64,000 nucleotides of DNA from an uncultured Verrucomicrobiae bacterium (lineage in GTDB: Bacteria; Verrucomicrobiota; Verrucomicrobiia; Limisphaerales; JAFGQR01). The translations under genes and the position numbers were made by a program. The notes beneath the pieces were generated by a model. That model was given only the letters and a program-made list of their open reading frames with translations. It had not been told where the DNA came from and made no database searches. The stretch is taken from assembly GCA_963788655.1 (NCBI GenBank), contig CAWBHS010000057.1, positions 256,001 to 320,000 on the forward strand, written 5' to 3'. This document shows positions 42,977-54,239 of this stretch, piece by piece. Each line of letters starts with the position of its first letter. The first letter of the stretch is position 1.

Positions 42977-44368
42977 ATGCCAGAAAAGAAAATGAACCAG
43001 ATCCCGCGGGATTTGCGGGAGCTTTTTCAGAAGGGCATGGCAGCGTTGCAGCGGCAAAACTACGATTATGCCATTGCCATTTTTAATCAGGTGCTGACCC
43101 GCGAGCCGGGGTTTTTCGACTGCCGGCAAAGTCTGCGGGCGACCCAGTTCAAAAAAGCCGGCGGCGGCACGACCTTTTTCAAGAAAATGTTCGGCGGCGC
43201 CAATCCCAATCTCGCCAAAGCCAAGCTGGTGATGCAGAAAGATCCGGCCGAAGCCATGGCCGTCCTCGAACAGGTGCTCAACAGTGATCCGCCCAACACG
43301 GGAGCCCACAAAATGATGGCCGACGCCGCGTTGGCTGCGGGTTTTCCGCTCACCGCCTGTTTGTCGCTGGAGATCCTGTTGAAAGGCTCCAACAAAGACT
43401 TCGATTTGGCCATGCAATACGGCGCGGCGCTGCGGGCCAGCGGGCAAATTGAAAAGGCCGAAACGGTTTATACGGACCTGGCCCGGCAGTATCCCAACAA
43501 GGGCGAAGTGACCCAGGCGCTCAAAGATCTTTCCGCCAAGCGCACGTTGCAGGAAGGCGGTTATGACGCCCTGTCCGACGGTTCCGGTTCCTATCGCGAC
43601 ATCTTGAAAAACAAGGAGGAAGCCATCGCCCTGGAACAAGAAAAACGCGAAGTCAAAACCGAGGACGTGGCCAACCGGTTGATCCAGGAATATGAAACGC
43701 GATTGGCCACCGAACCCGGCAACGTCAAGCTGATGCGCAACGTGGCCGAGCTTTACGCGCAAAAACAGGACTTCAACCGGTCCCTTGAGTATTATGAAAA
43801 GATCCGGTCCACAGCCAGCGGCGCGGACGCGTCCCTCGAAAAGGCGATTGCGGAAACCACGTTGCGTAAATTCGATTACGAGGTCGAACAGCTTGATCCC
43901 AACGCGCCCGACTATGACGCCCAAGTGGCCCAACTTCAGGCGCAGCGAACCGAGTTTCAACTCCGCGAATGCCAGGCCCGGGCCGAAAAATATCCCACCG
44001 ACCTGCAAATTCGGTTCGAACTGGGTCGGTTGCTATTTGATGCCGGCAAAATCAGCGATGCGATCCAGGAATTGCAGAAAGCCCAGGCCAATCCCCAACG
44101 TCGCTTGCAAGCGATGAGTTTGCTGGCGCAGTGTTTTGCCAAACGCGGCATGAACGATATGGCCGCTCGGAAATTCCAAGAAGCCTTGAAAGAAAAACTG
44201 GTCTTCGACGAAGAGAAGAAGGAACTGATCTATAATCTGGGCTGTGTGTACCAGAAGACCGGCAAAGCCGAGGAAGCCATCGAGCAGTTCAAACAAATCT
44301 ACGAAGTGGACATCGGCTACAAGGACGTTGGCGCGAAAGTCGATGCCTATTATTCGAGCCAGGGTTGA
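42977..44368 (+). CDS. Tetratricopeptide-repeat protein
   Basis: Helical TPR-like units (YDYAIAIF, RFELGRLLF, IYNLGCVY...EEAIEQF). Confidence 0.8.
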   Translation: MPEKKMNQIPRDLRELFQKGMAALQRQNYDYAIAIFNQVLTREPGFFDCRQSLRATQFKKAGGGTTFFKKMFGGANPNLAKAKLVMQKDPAEAMAVLEQVLNSDPPNTGAHKMMADAALAAGFPLTACLSLEILLKGSNKDFDLAMQYGAALRASGQIEKAETVYTDLARQYPNKGEVTQALKDLSAKRTLQEGGYDALSDGSGSYRDILKNKEEAIALEQEKREVKTEDVANRLIQEYETRLATEPGNVKLMRNVAELYAQKQDFNRSLEYYEKIRSTASGADASLEKAIAETTLRKFDYEVEQLDPNAPDYDAQVAQLQAQRTEFQLRECQARAEKYPTDLQIRFELGRLLFDAGKISDAIQELQKAQANPQRRLQAMSLLAQCFAKRGMNDMAARKFQEALKEKLVFDEEKKELIYNLGCVYQKTGKAEEAIEQFKQIYEVDIGYKDVGAKVDAYYSSQG

Positions 44369-44373
44369 CCATC

Positions 44374-45300
44374 TTACTTGTCGCGCTGCAACAAATAGGT
44401 GGCCAGCGCTTCGAGCGCCTGCGCTTTTCCGCGAAAAACTTTCAAAGCTTGAAACGCCCGTCCAGTCAATTGATGGGCAATCTGGCGCGATTTCTCCAAT
44501 CCCAGGATTGCCGGATAGGTGGCTTTGCGGGCGGCCGTGTCTTTGCCCGCGGTCTTGCCCAATTGTTCGCTGGTTTGGGTGACATCCAGGATGTCGTCGA
44601 TGACCTGGAACGCCAATCCGACGTGATAGCCGAAATCCGCGAGCGCCTTCAGTTGGGCGGGCGGGCAATTGGCGCTCATGCCGCCCAGTTTAACGGAACA
44701 GCCGAGCAAGGCGGACGTTTTACGCTCGTGAATGTAACGCAGTTCCGGCACGGACAGCGACCGGCCTTCCCCTTCCAAATCCGCCACCTGGCCCGCCACC
44801 AGTTGCCGCGAGCCAGCCGCCCGGGCCAATTCGAGGATGATTTGCTGATGCGAATACCGGCGGTTACTCCGGCATTGGGCGGCGATCTCGAAGGCTTGGG
44901 TGAGCAATCCGTCGCCGGCCAGGATGGCGATGCCTTCGCCGAACACCTTGTGGTTGGTGGGTTTGCCCCGGCGGAAATCATCATTGTCCATCGCGGGCAA
45001 ATCGTCGTGGATGAGGGAATAGGTATGAATGCATTCCACCGCGCACGCCAGCGGCAGGGCGTCTTCTTCCCGCCCGCCGCAGGCCTGCGCGGCCGCCAGA
45101 CAAAGCGCCGGCCGCATGCGTTTGCCACCGGCAAACAGCGAATACCGCATGGCCTTATGAATGGTGGGGGGCCGCGCGCTCGCCTTGGGCAGGAAGCGGT
45201 CCAAAGCCTGGTTGACCGTCTTCATCCGCGATTCCAGATAGTCGGCCAGGTTGAATAACCGGGCGGTGGGCGCCTTAGCGCCTTTGTTAGTGGCTGCCAT
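44374..45300 (-). CDS. ispA: Polyprenyl (farnesyl/geranylgeranyl) diphosphate synthase
   Basis: GGKRMRP, HDDLPAMDNDDFRRGKPT, KTSAL, FQVIDDILD, GKTAGKD. Confidence 0.9.
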   Translation of the reverse strand: MAATNKGAKAPTARLFNLADYLESRMKTVNQALDRFLPKASARPPTIHKAMRYSLFAGGKRMRPALCLAAAQACGGREEDALPLACAVECIHTYSLIHDDLPAMDNDDFRRGKPTNHKVFGEGIAILAGDGLLTQAFEIAAQCRSNRRYSHQQIILELARAAGSRQLVAGQVADLEGEGRSLSVPELRYIHERKTSALLGCSVKLGGMSANCPPAQLKALADFGYHVGLAFQVIDDILDVTQTSEQLGKTAGKDTAARKATYPAILGLEKSRQIAHQLTGRAFQALKVFRGKAQALEALATYLLQRDK

Positions 45301-45420
45301 GGCCAGGGTTGTATGAAAAGAACCGCCGCCAGCGCAAGTGCAGATTGGTGAATTTTTCTATTGCGTTCACGGGCAGGCCCATTAGTTTAACCCGCTTTGA
45401 TTTATTGATTTGAGAAACTT

Positions 45421-45684
45421 GTGAACGCAGAACTTTGCAGACTAGCATTGGCGAAAGTGGGCAACCCCAATACGCTCATCAACTTGGTTTCCCGGCGCGT
45501 CCGCCAACTGACCGCCGGCGGTGGCGGGATCAGCCGGCCGTTGGTGGAGGACACCACCCACATGGGCGCGGCCGATATCGCCTTGCGTGAATTGATCGAG
45601 GACAAGATGAGCTGGGAAACGCTGGAAGAATTGCAATTGCTGGAGGCCGCGACGCCGAAGCGGCGGCGCAAATCCGCCTCCTAA
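45421..45684 (+). CDS. rpoZ: RNA polymerase omega subunit
   Basis: LINLVSRRVRQL...ADIALREL omega-like pattern. Confidence 0.75.
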   Translation: MNAELCRLALAKVGNPNTLINLVSRRVRQLTAGGGGISRPLVEDTTHMGAADIALRELIEDKMSWETLEELQLLEAATPKRRRKSAS

Positions 45685-45744
45685 CGTTCGCAGCCAATTT
45701 CACGAACCGCAGCCAGAAGGGCTTCCTTCTGGCTGGTTCTATTT

Positions 45745-46203
45745 ATGGCCGAAATTGCTAAAAACGCGAAGGCGCGCCGCGACTATCACATCCTTGATAC
45801 CTTTGAGGCGGGCATCGTCTTGAAAGGTACCGAAGTCAAATCGTTGCGCGGTGGGCACGGTCAGATTCGGGACGCGTACGCCACGGTGGATGGCGAAGGG
45901 GAACTGTGGCTGCACAACGCGCACATTGACGAATACAGTTTCGGCAACTGGCAAAACCACCAGCCCAAAGCCCCGCGCAAACTGCTGCTGCACAAAAGCG
46001 AGATTCGCAAACTCTTTGGTCTGGCCTCGGTGAAGGGCCACGCCATTGTGCCGCTCTCCATGTATTGGAAAAACGGCAAAGTCAAAGTCTTGCTGGGCGT
46101 TGGCAAAGGCAAGGCCGAATACGACAAACGCGAAGCCATCAAACGCCGGGACGCTGACAAGCAATTGCGCCAAGTAACGATGCACCGGCTCAAGCGGGGG
46201 TGA
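45745..46203 (+). CDS. smpB: SsrA-binding protein
   Basis: NAKARRDY, EAGIVLKGTEVKSLR, RKLLLHKSEI, GKGKAEYDKRE. Confidence 0.96.
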   Translation: MAEIAKNAKARRDYHILDTFEAGIVLKGTEVKSLRGGHGQIRDAYATVDGEGELWLHNAHIDEYSFGNWQNHQPKAPRKLLLHKSEIRKLFGLASVKGHAIVPLSMYWKNGKVKVLLGVGKGKAEYDKREAIKRRDADKQLRQVTMHRLKRG

Positions 46204-46262
46204 AGCGGCAGCAAACCCGAAATCCGAAAGCTGAGTCCGAAGTGCCCCGGCGCTGCTATTAA

Positions 46263-46408
46263 CACTACCGCGACACTTTCACCGATAGGCGCGCGGCCTT
46301 TAGGCCGCTTCAAGCACCCAAGGCCAATCAGCGGCTTGCGGGATAGGACGGTGAAGCGGCGTAAACGCCGCGCTCCTGCCGCGATTCGCCGGAACTTTCG
46401 CTGTAGTG
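46263..46408. mobile_element. MITE-like element, copy 1 (146 bp)
   Basis: Terminal inverted repeats CACTACcGCGA...TCGCTGTAGTG, TTAA on both flanks; inverted near-copy at 55618-55762. Confidence 0.7.
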
Positions 46409-46452
46409 TTAAATCTCGGATTTCGGGTTTCTTTCGGCCTTCGGATTCTGCC

Positions 46453-48821
46453 TCACTGCTTCGGCCAATTCAGATGCCGGCGGAGAAAGTCGAACGTGCC
46501 GACACCATGGATCGTGTGCGGTCCGTCGAAGAACTCGATATCGGTGCGGTCGGTAATGCCCAGTTGCGCATAGAACGCGCCGCACTTTGGCAAATTCGTA
46601 AGCCACCCATTCGTCCGGCGCCACGCCGTCATGATGACCGCGTTCGACCATGAACGGCCGCGGCGCAATCAACGCCGCCATCTCCGCGTAGTTGAACGTG
46701 TGGCCCAGGTCGAATTCCGGCATCTCGTATTCGCCAGTGAACAGGTAGCTGTAAGGCGAAGTCCACGGTGGCGTTCTTCGTCATCCATTCATTGAAATCC
46801 CCAGAACAAATCGAGAGGCAATAGCGGTCCAACACGGCCGGCACGCGCATGGCCGTTTTGCCGCCGTACGACAGACCCGTAGAAGGCAATGCGTTGCGGA
46901 TCGACAAACGGTTGTTCGGCTCAGCCAGTCCAGAATGCGTTCGTGCTGGGCGATGATGACGGAGAACAATGATTTCTTCAGCGGATTGGCTTTGCGTTGG
47001 AGTACCCGGAACGCGTCGTTGCCACGATACGGATTATGGGGCGCGAACACAATATAACCGCGCTCGGCCAGGCGCGCCGCAAAAGCCTGGTAAGCCCGAT
47101 AAGCCGCCGGCGTTCGGATCGTCCGTGATGGTGTCATACGGCAGCCCTTCCAGCCCATGCTGACACACCACCACCGGACGGCGTTCTCCCGGTTGCAGAT
47201 CCTTGGGCAACAGCAGCACCCCCCAGGCAAACACATCCGGCCAGACATCGAGCACGACATCGTAACCCCGCCACGATGGCTGGTCGTAAACCAGGCGGGT
47301 TCGCGCATTGGCCGGCAGGGAAGCGGGTGGAAAACGCCCAATGACGTCTTCCCAGAACTTGGTTTTCCAAGCCGCAACCGCGGTCTGCCAATCCGCTGCC
47401 GAAGTGGCATTGATATGCCGCCAGAACTTCTGATCGCGAGTTTGTTCGCACCAAGCCAACAAGCGTTGAGTGTGGTCCACCAGTTCCGTTACCTGCCGGT
47501 GCTGGCGTTCATCGGGATCAAATCCCTGACGCAGATCAACCGGGGCTTTGCCGTTGGGAACGAGGTCGCGAGTGGGCACTTTAAGTGCCGCCAACAAAGA
47601 CCGCAGCGCCGGCGCTGACCCCGGCCCCATGACCACACCTTCGTTGCCATAAACAAAATCAACGAACGAATCGACCAGCGGTTGCACCAAACGGTTCGCG
47701 CGTTTGACCTCGATTTCGGCACGACTAAAGTCCGGCGTTGTCCACTTGCCCGGCGCGGCCCCGCGGCGGCCGCCTTGGGGAGCAGGCGGACCTTCGATAT
47801 CCGGCGCCTGACTATATTCCACGATCAGCGAACGCGGGGCAATCAGGCTGGCAATTTCCGCATCCCCAAACTCGCGCAACAAGCCAAACACATTTCGGTA
47901 GATCGGTTCTTCCCAGACGCGCTGGCGCGAGTCGAAGTAACCGCTGACCACTGTGGCATCGATACGCGGATCGAGCGCCGCGGCGTAGAATCCGATCAGA
48001 GCCCCTTCCCCGTAGCCGGCTACGCCAATCTTGGGATGCCGCGCCGCGGACGGGCCACCTTCGGAACCGCCACGGGCAAACCAGTCCACCGCCGCCAGGA
48101 CTTTTTGCACTTCGTAGCCAATGATGTGGCGCCCCAGTTCGTACGCCTGACGATAAATCCATTCGCGGTGCGGCTGATTGGTGAAGCGGCCAATTCGGGC
48201 GGTCCCCGACCAAGTATCCCGGCGGTCCACCAGGGTGAGCACCAGGACTTCGCAGCCATTTTCGGCCAACCGGCGGGCAAACTGTTTTTCGCTGGGAACA
48301 CCCAGCGCCAGGCCGGAAATCATTTCCGGCGTTTGATCGGCATCGGGAATGGCCACCACGTCGGCAACCGCCTCGGTTTTGGGCTTGAGCCACAAGCCTT
48401 CGCCATAAACTCCCGCGAACACTGGCCACCGCACGGCATAGACCACGTATTGATCTGCCTCGGCCACCTTGGCGGACGTGATCGTGCTGTTGACATATTC
48501 CAAGGCCGGAACCGGCACGCACGAGTCCACCGCGCCAATGATGGTGCGCAGATGCTCGCGATTGGGTTCAACGGACTTTTCATAAGCTGCGCGTGAGGAA
48601 AAATCCCGATGCCACAAGTTCGTTCGCTCGTCGATGGACCGTTCGAGCTCGCGCATGAGGAAGCGGTCAATGCCGGCAACCATGCGGGCGGATAGATCGC
48701 CCTGCCAATCGAGGGGTTGCGTACCGGCGAGCGGAGCGTTGGCCGGTCCCTGGGCGCCAAGCGATAGCGGGGCCAACCCAGCCACGAGCGCAACCGTTTG
48801 GAGATAGCGTTTCAGTTGCAT
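46453..48821 (-). CDS. Secreted tandem alpha/beta-hydrolase (dienelactone-hydrolase-like), several frameshifts
   Basis: Signal peptide; GYGEGAL, VVCQHGLEG, GLSYGGKTAMR, LIAPRPFMVERGH and FFDGPH across frames. Confidence 0.78.
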
Positions 48822-49004
48822 GCAGTGTTCATGCAGGCTAGGCAGGAAGCGCCGGCACGTCGAGCGTGGATTATGGTGCGGTGGCATTTGTGTCGGTGCG
48901 AATCAAAGACCAACGATTGAGCCGGATCCGAAGCCCAGACATGAATGGGGCTTGTGTTTCCAGAAAAGTGTTTGTTCCGAGCGCCGAGTTTTGGATGGCT
49001 CCCT

Positions 49005-49077
49005 TTCACCGCCAAGGCACGAAGGGCGCAAAGGATATTGGCAAGCACCTTTGCGCCCTTCGTGCCTTGGCGGTGAA
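49005..49077. repeat. Perfect 30-bp inverted repeat (REP-like hairpin)
   Basis: ttcaccgccaaggcacgaagggcgcaaagg, 13-nt loop, then the exact reverse complement. Confidence 0.85.
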
Positions 49078-49236
49078 TCAGACCATCCGCCCGCAGTCGT
49101 AACGGTCCAAGCCGATCTTCGCGTCACCGGGAGGTGCGGCTTGCTTTCCCGTGGATCATCACGGTTGGAGAACTTGAGCACGCTGCCGCCTGAAGGCGGG
49201 ACTCCAAACCGAGCAGGGCTCAAACTGCGCGACCAA

Positions 49237-49995
49237 TCACTCGCGCGCCCGCAGCGTGCGGAGGCGGTCGCGGAGGGTGGCGGCCCGTTCGAATTCCTGG
49301 GTGGAGATCGCCTGTTCAAGCTCCTTTTCCAAACGCTCGAGCTCGGTCAGTGGGCGGGTTTGTTCGAGCTGGGTGGCCAATTCTTTGAGCGCCGTCAGGG
49401 ATCGTTGGTTTTCAAAGCAAAACGTCTCGTCATCCAACTCGGGTAAATGTTCGATGTCGCAAACAGCTTCCCGGATGATGGATTGGGCGGCGGCGTAACG
49501 TTGCTCGTTCAGCTCGATCATGGCCCGCGCAATGGCGTTCATCCGCAGCAGATAGGGCCGCCACCGTTCGAGATACTCCTGATCGTCTTCCTGGGAGGCA
49601 TACCGATGGACGAAATCAAACACGCGGAGATTGCGCGCCGTGTCGCGCTCGGTCAGCGCCCATTCCTTGAGCTGAAACAACTGCAGATAGCGATAGTAGT
49701 AAAGTGTTCCCTCTTGAAACAACTCCTCGCAGTCCGTCGGATTGAGTTCGAACAGTTCCTCCTTGCCCGCAGCCCGGACTTGCTTCAATCGCTCGAGGTG
49801 ATGATCCAGCAGCGATTCGCAACCGTGGGGCTTGAGGCCATCGGGCCGACCGTCCAATTCATATTGTTCAAGTCCCATCGGCAGCCGCACTTGCACTACC
49901 CAGCGCCCGCCGGCCAATTGCACGAGACGCGCATCGTCGTCCGGGTCATAAGGCCAGGAATCCAGCAACTCGCGGAGGTCGGTCGATTGGCTCAC
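49237..49995 (-). CDS. UVR (UvrB/UvrC motif) domain protein
   Basis: C-terminal LEQAISTQEFERAATLRDRL; N-terminal GRPDG motif. Confidence 0.75.
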   Translation of the reverse strand: MSQSTDLRELLDSWPYDPDDDARLVQLAGGRWVVQVRLPMGLEQYELDGRPDGLKPHGCESLLDHHLERLKQVRAAGKEELFELNPTDCEELFQEGTLYYYRYLQLFQLKEWALTERDTARNLRVFDFVHRYASQEDDQEYLERWRPYLLRMNAIARAMIELNEQRYAAAQSIIREAVCDIEHLPELDDETFCFENQRSLTALKELATQLEQTRPLTELERLEKELEQAISTQEFERAATLRDRLRTLRARE

Positions 49996-50064
49996 GGGAT
50001 CAACTCAACGGATCACAAATCACGGCGAACATGGTTCACGCAACCAGCCAGCAGGCTCCCGCTT

Positions 50065-51057
50065 TCACCGGCGGCCGACGGCATCGATGACTCCTTTGCA
50101 TTTGATGCAGGCGTCGTAGGGATCGGGGACTTCCCATTCGTCCACCATGATCCAGCCGCGGAAGCCGCCGTCGCGCAGCAACCGCAACGCTTTCGTGCAA
50201 TCCGTGTGTCCGGCCCCGCATGGCAAATGCGTGGAAGTGCCGCCGTCGCGGAGCGTGCCGTCAGTGTCGCAAAACTGCACGTAACCGATGTTCTTCACGC
50301 CGACCCGTTGCAGCATTTCTTCGGGTCGGCCCGTCGAACCGGTCATCAGGTCAAAATGGCTGGGATCGTAAATGCCTTTCAACGCCGGGTGATTCGCCCC
50401 GTGCAGAATGCGCAGGTAATGATCCTCGGTGTTGAACACAAACACGGGCTCGAGTTCGAAGCACGCCAACAGTCCCTGGTCCGCGGCCATCTTGCCGGCC
50501 TCGTGAAACGTGTGCGCCAAGCGCTCGATGGCCTGGTCAAGCGTCTGGCTGCGCAAGCCACCACCCGGCCACATCCCGACGCACGCGCAGCCCAATTGCT
50601 TGGCCAGTCGCAGGCGATCGCCCAAATCGTTCAGCCAGTTCTGTCGCACCGTGCGATCGGGATCGAAGGCGCCGCCCGCGCCCAATTGAATCGAGAAGAT
50701 GGTCAAACCGTAGAGATCGTAGAGCCGGCGCAACGCGCGAACGCGTTCCGTTTCACCGGCGGCGGGATAGCCGCCCGAGGGCCAGTCTGACACCAGTTCC
50801 ACGCCGTTGAAACCGTGGCGGGAAGCAAAGTCCAGGAGCTCCCAGATCGGATAGTTTTTCCTGTATTTGTGCGAACCCGACTGGAAGCCATTCAGCCCGA
50901 CGGCGGTTTTCCAGACGGAAGCCGGCTCGGCGGCGGAACTATGAGCGGTAAAGGCCGGCAGTGCGAGGGCGCCGCCCAGCAGTTGGAGAGCGGTTCGTCG
51001 CGGCATGCCCGGGCGGATTTCCGTCGTAGCTTGGTGGATAGGATGTTCTGGCGTCAT
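50065..51057 (-). CDS. Tat-exported sugar phosphate isomerase/epimerase (TIM barrel)
   Basis: PRRTALQLL signal; GFNGVEL, FELEP, YDPSHF, VDEW metal-ligand pattern. Confidence 0.8.
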   Translation of the reverse strand: MTPEHPIHQATTEIRPGMPRRTALQLLGGALALPAFTAHSSAAEPASVWKTAVGLNGFQSGSHKYRKNYPIWELLDFASRHGFNGVELVSDWPSGGYPAAGETERVRALRRLYDLYGLTIFSIQLGAGGAFDPDRTVRQNWLNDLGDRLRLAKQLGCACVGMWPGGGLRSQTLDQAIERLAHTFHEAGKMAADQGLLACFELEPVFVFNTEDHYLRILHGANHPALKGIYDPSHFDLMTGSTGRPEEMLQRVGVKNIGYVQFCDTDGTLRDGGTSTHLPCGAGHTDCTKALRLLRDGGFRGWIMVDEWEVPDPYDACIKCKGVIDAVGRR

Positions 51058-51256
51058 ATCCAAAGCTTTGCAAACCACGCGTGCGGCTGTCAAAAGCTTA
51101 AATTCGCCAACCAATGGGCATTTGCCCACGAGTCCTTAACCAAATATTTCACACACGTCGTCGGCTATAGGTTGTTCGTGTTTTAAGTTCAGTGGGAAAC
51201 ATCCGGGTTAAGGAGTAAGCTTGCCTACCACACCCCCGACTGATAAACCCTGGCCC

Positions 51257-51890
51257 ATGAAACGCATTTCTTTATTCGCATTGGCCCTGGTGACCGCGTG
51301 CAGTTTTCAACTGGCGGCCGCCGAGTCGGAAGCAGGCTTTGTCAGCTTGTTTGACGGGAAGACCTTCAATGGTTGGAAGAAGGCCGTGGAACATCCGGAC
51401 ACGTGGAAAATCGAGGATGGCGCACTCGTCGCCCACGGTGATCGCAATCATCTTTTCTACGTGGGCGATCTTGCGCCGTTCAAAAACTTTGAACTGCGCG
51501 TGGAGGTGATGACCAAGCCAGGCTCCAATGGCGGCATCTATTTCCACACCAAATACCAACCGGACGGCTGGCCGAAATACGGTTTTGAAACGCAGGTCAA
51601 CAACACCCACGGCGATTGGAAAAAGACCGGCAGCATTTACGACGTGGTCAACGTCCGCGAATCCGCCGCCAAGGACAACCAATGGTGGACCCAGGACATC
51701 ATCGTGAATGGCAACCGGGTGCATCGTGAAGATCGACGGCAAGACGGTTGTGGACTACACCGAGCCACCGGGAACCAAGCCGGGCAAAGATTTTACCCAC
51801 AAATTGGACGAAGGCACTTTCGCTCTGCAGGGCCACGATCCGAACAGCACAATTTATTACAAAAACATTCGGGTGAAGCGGCTGCCGTAG
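51257..51890 (+). CDS. DUF1080 (3-keto-disaccharide hydrolase-like) protein, frameshift near 51720
   Basis: [39 protein letters not shown]. Confidence 0.88.
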
Positions 51891-51937
51891 TGCAAAGTCC
51901 AGATTGGATTTTTTTATTTGAACGATCACCGCTTGCT

Positions 51938-53854
51938 TCACAGCAAGCGGTGTTTCTTTGCCCGATCGCAGGCCCGAGGGATATTCCACTTTTCCTTTTC
52001 CAAGAGTAATTGAGCTTGCTCGTAATCCAATCCCGTCAGGTCTCGCAGGATGCGCGTGGCGCGGTCGCGTAGCTTGATGTTGGAGGCTTTGACATCGACC
52101 ATCAAGTTGCTGCGCACTTTGCCCAATTGGACCATGGCCAGGGTGGTGAAGAGATTTAACACCAGCTTGGTGGCGGTGCCAGCCTTCAAACGCGTCGAGC
52201 CGGTCAGCACTTCGGGACCAACCTTGGGTGCAATCACAAGGTTCGGCCGGTCGGCGTGCGGGATCGTTCAGACTGGGATTGAAACAGAGCAACACGGTGC
52301 CCGCGCCACGCCGCTTGGCCTGCCGCAACGCGCCCCAAACAAACGGGGTGCGTCCGCTGGCCGCAATGCCGACCACCACGTCCCGGCGGTTTACGCCGCG
52401 AAACTCGACCGCGTGCGCGCCGGCCACCGGATCATCCTCGGCCCCTTCGAGGGATTGCCAAAGCGCCGGCGCCCCGCCGGCCAAGATGCCCTGAACCATG
52501 TCTGGAGGCACGCTGAACGTGGGCGGACACTCGCTGGCATCCAACACCCCGAGGCGGCCGCTGGTGCCGGCGCCGACGTAAAACAAGCGTCCGCCACTCC
52601 GGAAAGCGCGGACAATGAGCTTGACGGCGCGTTCAATGGCATGGCCTTCCGCCAGCAGAGCCGCGGGGATTTTGGCGTCTTCACTCAACATCAACGCAAT
52701 GGCCTCGCGCAACGGCGAGCTGGTCGAGATTCAGCGAACGCGGATTCCGTTGCTCGGTGGGCGACTGGAGCAGCACTTGGGTAAGCTCGGTCGGTTCACG
52801 TTCGCTGCCGGCTGCTTTCGGGACCGGGAGTATTGCGGGTGGGGCATTGAGTTCCGGGCCTTGATTGCCAAGGCTTGCACACAACTGTTTCGCCAGCTCA
52901 ACGGCGCCCCAGGCACCCTCGCGGTTCAACGGAGTGATAGGGGCCTGCGGCCAGTGCATGCGCAGTTCGCGCCGGACGCGCGCAACGAACTTTGGCTGTT
53001 TGAGCAGAACGCTGCCGGCAAATACGAACTGCACCGGGTCGCCTTTGCCGGCCAATCGGCGGGCACAAGCCACCGCGGCTTGCGACAATTGGGAAGCGGC
53101 CATTGCGAGAATGGCGGAAGCCAGCCGGTCGCGCTGAGCCCAAGCCGCAAACACTTCCACCGCCAGGGACGCGACGTCCGGCTTGGCCGCGTTCTGTGCC
53201 CAGCCCACGAGTTCTTCCGGTTCGTTGAGTTGCAGTCCGCGCAGCAGGCGCTGTCCCAGCGCGGGCCAGGCACCCGTAATGTCGAATTCGTTCACCACCG
53301 CCTTCAGCGCGTGCAGGCCAATCTCATAACCACTGCCCTGGTCCCCGAGGATGTGCCCCCAGCCGCCAACTTTTATCGTTCGCCCGTCGGTCGCACGGCC
53401 AAAACAGCAGGAGCCCGTACCGCTGATCACCAAGACGCGACAAGGAGTCCTTGGGCGCCTTGGAGATTTGATGCTTGTTTTTCGCCTTCCGACTGCCGCC
53501 CGCCGTTCGCTGGCCAGTCGCAGCCATCAAGCCGGTCTCCAAATCATTGGTGGCGTAGCACGGCACTCCCGGCCAGACTTTCGCCGCCGCCCGGCGAATG
53601 CGTTGGCGATCGGACTCCGTCCGCGCGCCGGCCATGCCGATGGCGATGACGGATGGGATGGGCATCTGCGAATGGATAAGCCGAAAATGTCCGGCAAGCT
53701 GCGCGTCGGTCAGCAGCCATAGATTCGCCGGGCCGGCTTCGATCCGCTGAAGCAGCTCGCCGGTCAACTTCGTCGTCAGGGCGACGGTGTGCGTGGCGCC
53801 GCACTCGATTCCGAGCAACGCCGGTGGGCCTGATGCTTGGGTTTTGGTTCGCAT
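51938..53854 (-). CDS. murQ: Fusion of a BadF-type GlcNAc/MurNAc kinase and MurNAc-6-phosphate etherase, frameshifted
   Basis: Kinase motifs [36 protein letters not shown]; MurQ motifs [43 protein letters not shown]. Confidence 0.85.
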
Positions 53855-53959
53855 TGCCGCGTATCTTTTGGCAGGCGCAAAGTTTTGCCAAGGCAAAGTG
53901 CAAGGCCGTCACGGAAACCTTCTTTCTAAACCGGCCCATTTGGGTTATTGATTTTGAAC

Positions 53960-54214
53960 ATGACCGATTGGCAACCAGAGATTTTGCAGGCCCTCGTGGA
54001 ATTGGAGAAGGCGGTGAAGGCGACGCCGGGGGCCGGTGCCCGCCCTGATCTGCCGGCGTTGTTCACCCGGATCGATGAATTGACCCGCCAATTGCCGGCC
54101 AATACGGATCCGACGCTGCTCCACTACCTGCACAAGAAGAGCTATGAGAAAGCCCGCTTATTTCTGCAAGGCCGGGACGCGGAAAACCAAGTCGGCAATT
54201 GCCGGCATGTTTAG
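53960..54214 (+). CDS. Small hypothetical protein
   Basis: 84-aa helical ORF (LLHYLHKKSYEKARLFL) directly upstream of mnmE. Confidence 0.6.
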   Translation: MTDWQPEILQALVELEKAVKATPGAGARPDLPALFTRIDELTRQLPANTDPTLLHYLHKKSYEKARLFLQGRDAENQVGNCRHV

Positions 54215-54239
54215 GGCGGCCAGTTTTTGAAGATTCACT

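Noticed and set aside
46204..46450. tmRNA next to smpB
   Set aside because: No tRNA-like ends or tag reading frame; the region is explained by heptamer repeats and the MITE-like element.
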